Assembly: GCA_000934665.2 (NCBI GenBank)
Contig: JYFJ02003504.1
Location: 1 to 40,722 of the forward strand
Length of the DNA stretch: 40,722 nucleotides
Direction: 5' to 3'
From: Catajapyx aquilonaris
Lineage: Eukaryota
Positions 1 through 12,156 of the stretch are shown piece by piece. Position 1 is the stretch's first letter; each line of letters opens with the position of its first letter. A model generated the notes under the pieces. It was not told the origin of the DNA and did not search any database. It saw only the letters and a list, made by a program, of their open reading frames with translations. Made by a program: the position numbers and the translations under genes.

Positions 1-678
1 AGACGAAGTCCGGGTTTCTCCCAGACAATCTGGCGGCAGCTTAAGCCGCCACCAGGATGTCCTTCAACATTTTTACGCCACACAACCAGGATCTGTCGTT
101 CCTGAAGAGGGCATACGTGACACCGACACCCTCACCTTTAATTTTGTATACTTCGAAAAAGTGCTTCCAATTTCATCAAGTAGCCTAATCTCCCAGAAGC
201 TTGTGTGACCTTGAACCCCCAAAAAATTTCGCCTGCGGCGGGCCTTTGCTCCCCGCACGCCTGCACCTCCTACCTGGCCGTTTTCCTACTCTACAAAAAA
301 TCGCTCTTTAAAATAGCATTAGCTGTTTAAAATAGCTGCTAATACTAAATAGCAATAGCAGTGATAGCTGCTTCTGAAAAAGAGCAGTCAGGCCCATCGC
401 TACTTCCGAGGTCCCTCAACCGACGCGCCACAGACAACCAACAACCAACCAGGCTCACTCGCTCCTTCCATCCCTTCAGACTACAACCATGACAGTTCCC
501 CTTCCCTCCGTCGTGAAGGGGAGTTGTGGCGCCACCGGTTGGATTCCAGTCCCCCGGATGCGTGACAGATGGTGGCATCTGACGGGGACTAGTCGCAACA
601 GGGCTCAGGCACCTTAATTATTAAAACCATAATTACGCTAAATTACACTGTCAGAGCAATACTACGTTTCAAGAGTAT

Positions 679-847
679 ACATCAGTATCTGCCTTTTGGA
701 TCAAAACTATAGGCAATGTTTTGGGAGTTATGTAACTACTGGTCTTATTGAGCTGCGAACGGACCGTTCGCAGCTCAATAAGACCAGTAGTTACATAACT
801 CCCAAAACATTGCCTATAGTTTTGATCCAAAAGGCAGATACTGATGT
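679..847. repeat. Perfect palindrome, 84-bp arms, 1-nt spacer (763)
   Basis: 679-762 is the exact reverse complement of 764-847. Confidence 0.95.
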
Positions 848-920
848 TCCGCTTTCACTATAAACCTACAAAAACAGTGCAGGGTAATCCATCCGAGCCA
901 GCGGAACTAACAAGTACGAG

Positions 921-976
921 CAGGGATGGAAAAAGAACCGCTTCTTTGGGAGGAAGCGGTTCTTTTTCCATCCCTG
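921..976. mobile_element. 56-bp hAT-type MITE
   Basis: 24-bp perfect TIRs (CAGGGATGGAAAAAGAACCGCTTC) with an 8-bp TSD AGTACGAG at 913-920 and 977-984. Confidence 0.85.
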
Positions 977-1111
977 AGTACGAGGAATAATATGGTCCCA
1001 CGCAGAATATTATTTTCATGGTTGTCATCAGCATAGAACTTTTGTTAACCTTGCTGTTATTGTCACTACTTCTCCGGCATCAAAGTAAAATTCATGCTTA
1101 TGTGTGCTCCA

Positions 1112-1423
1112 TTCCGTGTTAAAGTTAGTAAATAATAGTATTTAAAAAAACAGAATTCGAAGCCCTCGGGCTGAAGAACACCTCGAATCATTGATTCTTA
1201 TCGAAGGAAATACTTCGAAATCTTGATAGAGATAGTAAATAGATTGTGTTGCAGAGAAAAGTGAGTAATTGCTGATGAAACTTTTGAAATCTTAAAATTA
1301 TACAATGCCATTGTTTAATTATTATTTTGTTGTTAATTACAATTTTAACGCTTCTCTCTGTCTCATTTATTTAACAAAGCCAAAGGGCTTCGAATTCTGT
1401 GTTTTACAAACTTTAACACGGAA
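1112..1423. mobile_element. Degenerate MITE-like element
   Basis: Imperfect terminal inverted repeats: TTCCGTGTTAAAGTT...CAGAATTCGAAGCCCT at 1112-1172 versus 1378-1423. No clear TSD. Confidence 0.55.
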
Positions 1424-2852
1424 AAACTTCTTTCGCAAGCTACTTGGGTGAAATAATTAATGTTAGCATGATGTACTGTGTACGGGATTTGTAGGCAACT
1501 CCTCGCCTGTCATACTATATTCCCCGGTCAGTACTTCTGCCCTGCAGTCCCTGCAGGACTTCTCAATCCGAACACCCTACATAATATTGGCACTTTTATT
1601 ATTTTTTTGTGGTGCATTGTGGCAGGATTTATTGCTGTATATACACTACTGTATTGTAGGTCTCTACCCTACACGAAGCACTGCACCCGTTATATTACAA
1701 TGCACTATGTGTAGGCCTACTCCAGTTCTTGCCAAAGAAGGGAAAGGAGCCCCCGGAACCTGATGATCCTCTACCTGGAACCTCATATTAAACATGTGTA
1801 TTGAATGCTTCAAATATTCAGCATTAAAAACAGCAATATTAGTATTGTGTGTTGGTAAATTTTTAAATATTTGGAACCTGACCCATTTACTTACATTATA
1901 ATTTTGTTTCGTTTTACCCCTTTTCATTTTACACCGCATGTTGCTGGAACCAATCCCCGGCGTCAAACGAGGAGTATACCTGTCAGTACAATTATTTCAT
2001 TTCAATTTTGGCTCTTTCGGACATAATTTTTCTCATGTTTTCGCTCCGTCTGCCTCAGCCCCCTGCCACACCGACCCTAGCCTTATTGGTGACGGTAGGG
2101 AACTTCAAAGTCTCCGCCACCCCGGATTTGGCGCTGGCGGCGCTCCACAGGCATCTATGCGTGCATATATGCCTGTCGGCAAATATGAAATACTCATCAG
2201 TATTTAGCTGCATCAATTGTATACAATGAACGTGGACCATACATAACATGAGTGTACTGTAGGCTTGGTTGTGGTGCATAAATGAGGCATGCATTTGTTA
2301 GGAAATAGCAGAGCTTTTGCTCATCCTCAATTTCTATTTATTATTGCAATGGAAGCTGCCATTTTGGATCCTACGGGACCAACATAGACAGAGGTAAGTT
2401 TGCATTGATCTGGAAACTCAAACCGTATCCGTATAGCCGTATCCTGCGAGGATACTACCCTCATTGCCCGATGGTAACAGTGTTTCAGTGTGCATTACTG
2501 CCATTACAGGCATGCGGAAGACAGAAAATGTGCAGATTCGTTGCAATATTGGCGAATTGGCTATAACTGATTGATTTCTATTTACCCTTGAAGTCTGTTA
2601 TATCCGGAGTGTACTGAATGGGTCTTGCAATTTTTACTCCTCATACAAAATTAGACCATTAGTTGGCTTACTACAATTTGAATGGTTATTTTTTTACTGA
2701 GAGAGATTTTACAAATTGTCATCAATTTATTTATTAGTGTGTGAAAGAGAATGACATTATTTTGTCTATAATCTGTTATCTTTATCGCAACACCAACACA
2801 ACAAATTACAACGACCAAAAAATGTAGCAGTAAGAGGAGAGGTTGTACAGTA

Positions 2853-3004
2853 CTGGCCAATAATCGAGGCAACGACTAGCGACATTTTCCCGAAGCGGCA
2901 GAAGAAGGAATCGAAGATAAGCATGCTACAAGCCGGGCGAGCAAGATTCCTTCTTCTGCCGCTTCGGGAAAATGTCGCTAGTCGTTGCCTCGATTATTGG
3001 CCAG
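2853..3004. mobile_element. TA-flanked MITE with 60-bp perfect arms
   Basis: 2853-2912 is the reverse complement of 2945-3004, with a 32-bp loop and TA on both sides (Tc1/mariner-type TSD). Confidence 0.85.
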
Positions 3005-3013
3005 TATACTGTA

Positions 3014-3164
3014 CTATGGGGCTCAAACTGTTTTGGCAACTTTATCCTGGTTTTGAAGCAACCCTTCACACACCCACACACCCACACACAGCTCAACGTG
3101 GGGCCTGTGCGAAAGGTTGCCTCAAGACCAGGATAAAGCGGCCAAATCAATTTGAGCCCCATAG
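3014..3164. mobile_element. Second TA-flanked MITE, ~60-bp imperfect arms
   Basis: TA-CTATGGGGCTCAAA...TTTGAGCCCCATAG-TA. It is absent from the homologous 3' flank of IR-b. Confidence 0.8.
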
Positions 3165-3248
3165 TACAATATTACTATTTTATCAACATGGTGCCACATC
3201 TGATATGCATTCACAGGAGAAATGAAGACGGGTGTGTTGAGGACGAGA

Positions 3249-6200
3249 CTACGGCAAAAACGGGTAGATGGGGGACATTATAATGCCTTCGGACCTCTTC
3301 CGAGGAGCCAACAACTCTGAAAGTAATACGAGGATGGATAAACCCACTCCGAAAGACCACACGAGGAGAACAGGGGACATCTTGTAAAAGGTCAGGACAC
3401 GGTCATCAGAAGTTAAGCTGCCATCTTCGGAGGCCAAGAGTCGTGCTTGCAGGATGCGACGGAGGAACTTGCGGTGATTGGCGTACTCTTCTCTCTGGGA
3501 ATATATGCCGGATTCCATCATGTGAAGCGATGCTCTTATAATTCGTGGAGCGTCTATTTCATCCCGTGGCAAGGCTAGTCCTGTGTAGGTGGGAAAATAA
3601 TACTCTGGAATCAAATGCACCATCGGATTCCCGTTGTGGTCCACGAAGTTCACCGACTCTCGGCGATAATGGTAGTCTGTCACGACACAAGCAAAATCCT
3701 CGAGAATTACTCTCTCGAAACACTCCTCCCAACGGGACACTGTTTCACTCCTGTCGTACATTTCCTGCGCATATTTCAACCCACTCATCTTGATTCCTTT
3801 CCCGATGAGAATCCTCAGTGCCAGCAATATACCAATGGGAAATTTTGAGGCGTGCAATTCCCTGACTGTGTTGGGAAGGACCTCAGTCTCTGGGAAAGTG
3901 AGCAGAGCGACGATTCTGGACTTGTACAGACATCCAATCACCAATGAAAACAGCAACACGTACGAATAAAAGGCTCGAATAGATGGGTAAGGTGCGAGTG
4001 AAATTGCTTGCTCGATTATTTCGCGCATGATTACTCTCAACATGTTTAGGAGAGACGAAGCTCGTTCATTACCTGTCATAATAGCTGTTCGTATCCTTCC
4101 TTCGACATTTTCAAGCATGTACAATATTATGGACGAGAAAATGACTGTCAGAAACACACCCAACCAAGCTGTTGGGGTGTAAGGCTGGACAATTAGGTAC
4201 CACTTTATGTCTGGAAGAGCATGCCTTCTTATGAAAGAAAATCTAAGGAAAATTATAGGAAACGGTGCAGTGACTGCTCGGATTGACTGGGCAGTAAAAT
4301 ATAATACCATTGTTGAATCAGCCTGCCCATAGAAAACAGAGCCAGCGAAACCGCTGTAAGTACCATTGGGGTAAAAATTATCCAGGGTTAGGTCTGGGAC
4401 GTACACGCGTATTGTTACATTCCGACGTTTTTCTATGTCCAGCAGTGCATACTCTTCCAGAGAGAGGATGTACTTGTCGGGATCTTTGGCCCTCTCTCGA
4501 GCTCTGTTCATGTCAACTTCTTCATGATAAACGGCTCGGTAAATTTTCCCCCACCTATTCGGACTAGCAGGTATCGGAAAGAGATGGTCTCGTCCCAACA
4601 GTTTGTAGAGTGACTGTGGTATGGTTGGGTTGAGCTTGTCCTCTGGCTGGAAACAAAAGTAGCAGACGTTGTGCAGGATTAGTTTCCTCTTCCCTGGAGA
4701 GTATTGCGAGAGGAGCTTGAGGAAGATTCCTCTGGCCGGGTGTGCGAGGAGGATTCTCTCTGGGTCCAGCAGCCCATCGGAGGTGTGGATGAGGGTCGGG
4801 TCGAACTGGTTCCTGAACCTGAAGGTCGTGACTGCGTGCAAGACTAGGTCTGGGAAGTGTCGTGGGTGGGTGGAGAGGAGAAGGTTGAAGGAGCATTTCC
4901 CCCCGTTCCACGTCCGGGAGAAGAGGTCAGGGGGCATGGTCCTGAAGGAGTAGAGCTGCTCCTCCTTCCAGATGACCGGGTGGTCCTCGACGGACACCCT
5001 GAAGGTCTGTCTGTCCATCCGACCAGTGACCACCGGCCGGTACCTGCCCCCCTGGTGACGGGATATCAGACCCTGCATCGCCATCAGGCCAACCCTGTCC
5101 GAGTCGGTGTCCATGTTTAAGAAGCAGTCCGGGTAGTGGGTGTCCAGCAAGTGAAGGACCAGCTCCGTTAACAGGACGTCCTCATCTGGGTCCGGTGTCA
5201 GGGACACGTTCGAGCAGAGAGAATTCATCTGGAAAATGCGGAATTGATAGTGAGATGGTGTTCTGCAGAGATGTCATTATTTTGGTTTTTTTTAGTGTTT
5301 TTATCGAATTACGCCAGGCAGTCATCGTGTGACACGAAATTCGTCACTATTGACACTCAGAAAACGTGGACGTATCTCCACCCAGCGCAGCGGCCGGGGT
5401 TGTAAGTTCTTGAATGCTGAAATGGAGGTTGGCTACAGCAGGCAATGAGGAAACGACGCTCGGAAAACGTCTAATGCGAATTTTTGCGTGGTCGGGTGCC
5501 ACCAGTCATATACAGCCGAGGTGTGCCTGGAACTATGCTCTATACACGTTTCCAGGAGAGCCCTGGGAAAAGGAGTAGCGCTCCTAGTGGATTCAGGCAG
5601 TGAAAATAATCAAGTTTCTAAGTTTGCTTCATGAGAAATGTTGATGAGCACTCCCAAATCACTCCAGGGGCGGGCTACCCCGGGCCGGATCCCCCCATCG
5701 CCGAGCGAAAGTAACAATCAATTTTCGCCCCCAAACAATGAATTGGTCTCATCGCTCGGCGATGACATCGCTGCAATATCGCTAATCAAATCGCTCACAC
5801 GTAAACGCGGATTTAATCCTCGATCGAGTCGGACGTGACCTTCAAGTCGAGGTCATTCTGCTCTATTGCACACCTTCCTGTCACCCCCGTGAGCTTAGTT
5901 GTTCCTAGCCGCCGAAGTGTGGTTTCCGATTTGGCGCTGGTGTCGCTCCACGGTTTCTAAGGCGGTTCCTGGCGGCCGGCTTTGCGAACGTGCTTCGGAC
6001 CCAGCTGCAGGCCTTCAGTGGTTGGCAGTGGTCCTTTTTCATTACAGCTGGGTCAGGAGCAAATTTGCATTGTCGTCCGCCAGGAACCGCCTTAGAAACT
6101 GTGGAGCGACACCAGCTCCAATAACCACACCTCGGCGGCTGGGAGCAACTAAGCTCACGCAAAAGGGGAAGGAGTGTCCTGACCTGAGTATTTTAAGACC

Positions 6201-6442
6201 AGACCTGACGTATTTTATGCCGTAGTGTCGACCATCTACCATGTGCGGAAATACACCTTCCAATAATTCTCTATTTTAGGTAGTACAGGCCATTCCGTAA
6301 AAACTCGTTAACTGACCAATAATGGAGTAATGAGCATAAATAAATATGTGATAACGAGCAACCTTGGATTCGTATGACATCTGACCTGTTCTGCAAGGAG
6401 CATCTGACCCCAGACGAAGACGAGTAGACGGGTTAGCAGCAT
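3249..6442 (-). CDS. Divergent ionotropic receptor IR-a (iGluR-family chemoreceptor), 2 exons: 6442-6386, 5228-3249; ~678 aa
   Basis: Exon 1 encodes a signal peptide (MLLTRLLVFVWGQMLLAEQ) ending at CAG|GTCAGA, phase 0. The acceptor ttttccag precedes 5228. The 659-aa exon has an S1 lobe (NGTYSGFAGSVFYGQAD), the QPYT..W pre-M1 motif, M1, a pore EQ motif, M2 (SIRAFY...LYKSRIVALLTFP), S2 and a terminal TM (VLTFYKMSPVLLVWSFG...LSEL), which is the divergent IR architecture. Confidence 0.9.
5888..6159. mobile_element. Foldback/MITE in IR-a intron, ~120-bp imperfect arms
   Basis: CGTGAGCTTAGTTG...CCCAGCTG (5888-6008) versus its reverse complement at ~6043-6159. It is GC-rich and absent from the IR-b intron. 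Confidence 0.75.
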
Positions 6443-7643
6443 GGTGATTCGTGATTGCACGACCACTTCCGAAGGGCGACAAAGCTCCAATGACTGCGTC
6501 GTACGCAGAAGTGCGACGTGTCCCTCATTCCTAAGGACACGTTAGCAACACGTGGGGTGTGGGGACCTCGAAAGGTGACCTGCCCTTTAATGTTGCTGTT
6601 TTCCAAGCTGATGGCCATCGAGAGAGTGCTTTCTGGGCACCACTACATTACTTTATGGTGAATAATTAAATAATATTCGCTGCTAAATGAACCTTGCTTT
6701 TGGCGCAGTCCAAGTCCGTTAATGCATATTTCAACGCTTCGGTACTACTTAGACTTCATGACTTCTTAACCTGCCGCATACATTTCGTTGATGGAATCTG
6801 TGTCCGAAACACCAACACCTCTACATTAAAAATCCGTAATGTGCCTCACTACCATTTAATTATTTCGCCTTCTTAATTTCAGATCATCAATTCCAGTTGG
6901 CTATGACGTACTTGTACAAGATGTAAATACAACAGGGCGCATAAGGTTTATTTTTATTGGACAAGAGTGGCAATGGCCAATGGCAGGGTTAATTAAACAT
7001 CGTTTAATTCTCATGAAAATCATGAGATGTACTGATGCACCATATTCCTTTTAGTTCCAGCTGTACCCATAAAAGTATTTCTTATTCATTGTTGTGAGTT
7101 TTGAGTTATGATCCGAGCATTATTGTATAAGACAAACCCTTACGCCTATACTCTTCGGTTGAAATCACATGGTGCCAGGACAAACGAATATAGGCAGGGT
7201 ATGGAACAGTGGTCATGTTGTTTTTGGTCAGGAAGTCCCTGACAGGAGGAAGTCCCATGGAATGGAAGGTTTGAAATCAAGAAGGCGAAGCAATTAAATA
7301 GCAATGAGGCACATCACAGTAGGTAGGAAACGGCGTGTGTGATTGTGGCCATAGATTCCATCAACAGAGGGTACGGTCAGCTGTAAGGGAATAACCTATG
7401 AAGTACATGTAGTGCGGAGGAAGCTTTTGAAATGTGCGTTGCGCTCACATAGAGTACCGGTAGCTATTAAATCAGCCTAGAGCCTTTAGCCGCCAATATT
7501 ATTTAATTCGCCATAAGGTGTAATGGAGTGGTTCCCGGAAGGCACTATCTCGATGGCCATCTGCTTGGGCAACCACAACATCAAAGGGCTGGTCACCTCA
7601 TTGGAGCTTCGTCGCCCTAAGGAAGTGGTCGTCCATCATCACC

Positions 7644-10261
7644 ATGCTGCTCACCTGGCTACTCCTCTTCATCTGGGGGCAGATGCTCCTTGCAGATCAG
7701 GTCAGATTTCATACCAATCCAAGGTCAATTGCTATCACCTATTTATTCATGCTAATTACAAAATTAATGGGCAGTTAACCAGTTCTAGGGCATGGCATGT
7801 ATCTGTAGAGATCTGGAAAGTGTATTACGTCGCTCCCTTGCAAGATGTTCCACAGTACGGCGCAACATGCTTCAGATATTATCATTAGCATATGACTGGT
7901 CTTGTCGTCTCTTAAGGGATTTTATGGCTCAAGTTGTTGACAGCCTGGAGTAGTCTAAACAATGTGTCACACTAAAACCTCGATATAACACTCTCGCTTT
8001 TAACGCCCCATTTTTCCTGATCCTCACAGCAAGTGCGGCACTAAGCATCAGTTGCATATTTTAATAGTTTTTCGGAGGACCCACATATAGATTAATGTCA
8101 TGCATCAGGCCACTTTGAAATCTAATAAGGTAAGGTGTACATTGTCCGTTACTTTTTTCTCACTTGTTAATTTATTACTGAGGGAGTAGCATGCCTTCTA
8201 ACTGCAACTAAACTAAATCCGACCGCCCTTGCCCCGCTTTACCATTGATATATTGAGAAGAATTTTATCGTATCAATTCCGCCTATTCCAGATGAATTCT
8301 CTCCGTCCGAACGTGTCCCTGACACCTGACCCAGATGAGGACGTCCTGTTAACGGACCTGGTCCTTCACTTGCTGGACACACACTACCCGGACTGCTTCT
8401 TAAACATGGACACCGACTCGGACAGGGTTGGCCTGATGGCGGTGCAGGGTCTGATGTCCCGTGACCAGGGGGGCAGGTACCGGCCGGTGGTCACTGGTCG
8501 GATGGACAGCCAGGTCTTCAGGGTGTCCATCGAGGACCACCCGGTCATCTGGAAGGAGGAGCAGCTCTACTCCTTCAGGACCATGCCCCCTGACCTCTTC
8601 TCCCGGACGTGGAACGGGGGGAAATGCTCCTTCAACCTTCTCCACTCCACCCACCCACGACACTTCCCAGACCTAGTCTTGCACGCAGTCACGACCTTCA
8701 GGTTCAGGAACCAGTTCGACCCGACCCTCATCCACACCTCCGATGGGCTGCTGGACCCAGAGAGAATCCTCCTCGCACACCCGGCCAGAGGAATCTTCCT
8801 CAAGCTCCTCTCGCAATACTCTCCAGGGAAGAGGGAACTCGTCCTGCACAACGTCTGCTACTTTTGTTTCCAGCCAGAGGACAAGCTCAACCCAACCATA
8901 CCACAGTCACTCTACAAACTGTTGGGACGAGACCACCTCTTTCCGATACCTGCTAGTCCGAATAGGTGGGGGAAAATTTACCGAGCCGTTTATCATGAAG
9001 AAGTTGACATGAACAGAGCTCGAGAGAGGGCCAAAGATCCCGACAAGTACATCCTCTCTCTGGAAGAGTGTGCACTGCTGGACATAGAAAAACGTCGGAA
9101 TGTAACAATACGCGTGGTCGTCCCAGACCTTACCCTGGATGATTTTTACCCCAATGGTACCTACAGCGGTTTCGCTGGCCATGTTTTCTACGGGAAGTGT
9201 GATGCAGCAGTGGTATTTTATTATACTACTGAATCAATCCGAGCAGTCACTGCACCGTTTCCTCTTATTTACTTTCAATTTACTTTCATAAGAAAGCATG
9301 CTCAGCCAGACATAAAGTGGTACCTCATTGTCCAACCTTACACCCCAACGGCTTGGTTGGGTGTGTTTCTGACAATCATCTTCTCATCCATAATATTGTA
9401 CATGATTGAAAAAGGCGAAGGAAGAATGCGAACAGCTATTATGACAGGTAATGAACGAGCTTCGTCTCTCCTAAACATGTTAGGAGTAATCATGCGTGAA
9501 ATAATTGAGCAAGCAATTTCACTTGCACCTTACCCATCTATTCGAGCGTTTTATTCGTACGTGTTGTTGTTTTCATTGGTGATTGGATGTCTGTACAAGT
9601 CCAGAATCGTCTCTCTGCTCACTTTCCCAGAGACTGAGGTCCTTCCCAACACAATCAGGGAATTGCACGCCTCGAAATTTATCATGGGTATATTGCTAGC
9701 AATGAGGATTGTCATCGGGAAAGGAATCAAGATGAGTGGGTTGAAATATTTGCAGGAAATATACGACCGAAGTAAATCCGTGTCCAGCTGGGGCGAGTGT
9801 TTCGAGAGAGCAATTCGCGAAGATTTTGGCTGTCTCGTGACAGACTACCATTATCGCCGCGAATCGGTGAACTTTGTGGACCACAACGGGAACCCGATGG
9901 TGCATTTGATGCCAGAATATTATTTTCCCACGTACACAGGACCAGCCCGTCCACGGGATGCAATAGACGTACCAAGAATTACAAGAGCATCGCTTCACAT
10001 GCTGGAATATATTCGCAGAGAGAAAAGCACGGCAATCACCGCAAATTTTTGCGTCATATCCTGCGAGCCCGACACTTGGCCTCCGAAGATGGCAGCTTAA
10101 CTTCCGATGACCGTGTCCTGACCTTTTACAAGGTGTCCCCTGTTCTCCTCGTGTGGTCTTTCGGACTAGGTTTATCCAGCCTCGTTTTCCTTTCGGAGTT
10201 GTTGGTTCCTCGGAAGACGTCGAAAAACATTAATGTCCCCATCTACCCGTATTTGCCTTAG
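7644..10261 (+). pseudogene. Divergent ionotropic receptor IR-b, frameshifted (exons 7644-7700, 8292-10261)
   Basis: Exon 1 is accATG, MLLTWLLLFIWGQMLLADQ|GTCAGA, and the acceptor ctattccag precedes 8292. It is a close paralog of IR-a. Alignment shows a 7-bp deletion (ATCCGGC) at ~10006/10007. The shifted frame stops at 10100, and the missing terminal TM lies in another frame ending at TAG 10261. Confidence 0.85.
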
Positions 10262-12156
10262 TCTCTTCCGCCCAACACGAAAGTATTTACGTCTCCTTCA
10301 GGCAGTTTGTCAATGTAATATGCTTGATGTTGCACCATCTTGATGAAATGATATTGTACAAAATAATGCAAGTAGTTAGAGTCGTTGATTTTTTGTGGTA
10401 TTGGTGTTTCGATAGAGACACAGATGCCTTTAGATAACTCACATAATAATATTATGTTAGTCAAAAAATGTTATAGTGTATTTTCAAATGCAATTGATTC
10501 AATATTAAGATTTTAATAACATTTTATGAACATGTCGGAAGAACATTTCCCGAAGCACAGAGACAATTCAATTCGTTGCAGAAACCTGAAGAGTAATAAT
10601 TAGGCTTCTTTTCTTATTCTACCCTTGGCTGTAAAGTTTGTCACTAGAACTTCCATTATTTTCATGTAGAGAAAATAGTATAATAAATGTATCTGTGGCT
10701 CTGTGCTCATTGAAGCTGTACAATCTATTTAGAATACAACCGTTAAACAAAACGAGGGAAACCCTGTAATCATTCTGATTTATCCAGATTACTTCATCCG
10801 TTGCAGCACTAAAAAAAATTATTACGAAACGCATAAGATGCAGTCATCTAATATAAATTCCTCAAGTACAAATTGTAACATTGGAGATAATACGTATAAG
10901 TGCATCGCCAACTACTACTACTGGATAATGAGTAATACACTATGTATTGAAGGGCATTCGCTAGCTGTACTGGCATGCAATTTGAGCATTGCTTTTCCAG
11001 CCTAATAATATATTCACCTCTCCTCTACATTAGCATATGAAAATTTGACAAAATTTTAAATAACAGGGAAAAAAGAAAAGGTAAACTGAAAAATCATATG
11101 TAATTAGCATTAAATTTAATCTGGATTTTACCGTTGCGCTTAATCGATATTAGACCCATTTCTTTTGATACATTTTGCAATCAATTCTTAGAAATATCTT
11201 TCATAATAGTAATAACCCCTCAAAATACTCTCCTGCCAATTAGAAAATCAAGAGTGTAATTAGGGATTTACTTGCCCAAATTCATAATTACTCCGTCACC
11301 CAGAAGAAATGGAGTGATGGGGTTATAGCAAGATGTGATAAAAGGTTCCCATTATGATTATCTGGACTTTGGTATGGATAATTATGAATGGTAACAATTT
11401 AGCTAGGAGAATACCAAAGTTGAAGTAAATTTGACAGAATCTTCCTCAGAGCCTTGCGTAATAGATCAATTTTTTGCCTTTTGACCCCCGCATCTCAAAA
11501 GCTATTGACATCTATAGGGCTCTTCAGGAGAGCTGTTTTCTTTCTAGCAGATAGATAACCTGGAAAAAAACACAATTTGAACATGAACTTCAGACAGTAA
11601 TTGTTCCCTTATGATTCGTGTATGACGCTATAATTATGACCATGTCTGTTTCTCCTAAACTATGAGCCAATCAACAGATTTTATTGTCATTTTCGTGTTC
11701 AGTACCTCGAAATATTAGTCAAGGCTTTGAAATGAAAATGAAAATGGCGCTATTTTCATTTCAAGCCCCTTTTCAGTGTTGCCCAGTGTATTTAGACGAA
11801 TTTACGACAAAACCATTCTGCAACAAATTCTTGGTTAAATAAACCAACATTAATTTTGATCGTGTTGATGATATAATTTACATAACTTGACAAATATGAA
11901 TTTTAGAATAATGAACACTCGCAGCCGTCAAGCCAACATCGCTACTGCCGCGAAACCCGCAATTACTTGTGCAATCAGATACGAGGACAACAGAGATGAC
12001 ATTGACATTCAGTGAGTTACAATTACGAGATGAATAATCAAGTGTTTCTCCAAGAAACGACGCAGGCTGTTACATCGACGTGGAAATATGCCAAAATGCG
12101 TAGAAATATGTGTAAGTACAACAGGTCAGGACAGTCTAGTAACTGGCATACGAAAG

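Noticed and set aside
1..610. GC-richer segments and short ORFs at the window start
   Set aside because: No recognisable protein motif or consistent splice structure. They may be repeat-derived but cannot be classified.
4564..4953. Alternative-frame ORFs (115, 94, 87 aa) conserved in all three IR copies
   Set aside because: Their conservation follows from near-identity of the GC-rich DNA block, so it is not independent evidence for overlapping genes.
5899..6263. ORFs on both strands encoding similar peptides (WCRSTVSKAVPGGR); likewise 2923-3225
   Set aside because: They are by-products of inverted-repeat elements, not genes.
8229..8291. ORF-track N-terminal extensions of IR-b (from 8229) and IR-c (from 12816)
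   Set aside because: They begin at TTG within introns. A conserved splice acceptor and upstream signal-peptide exons explain the true starts.
9797..10261. Separate 154-aa gene or programmed frameshift at the end of IR-b
   Set aside because: It is fully explained by a 7-bp deletion relative to IR-a, and no slippery sequence is present.
11090..11790. Possible decayed DNA-transposon remnant between IR-b and IR-c (ends CCCAGTGTA)
   Set aside because: No matching second terminus or transposase frame could be identified by eye.
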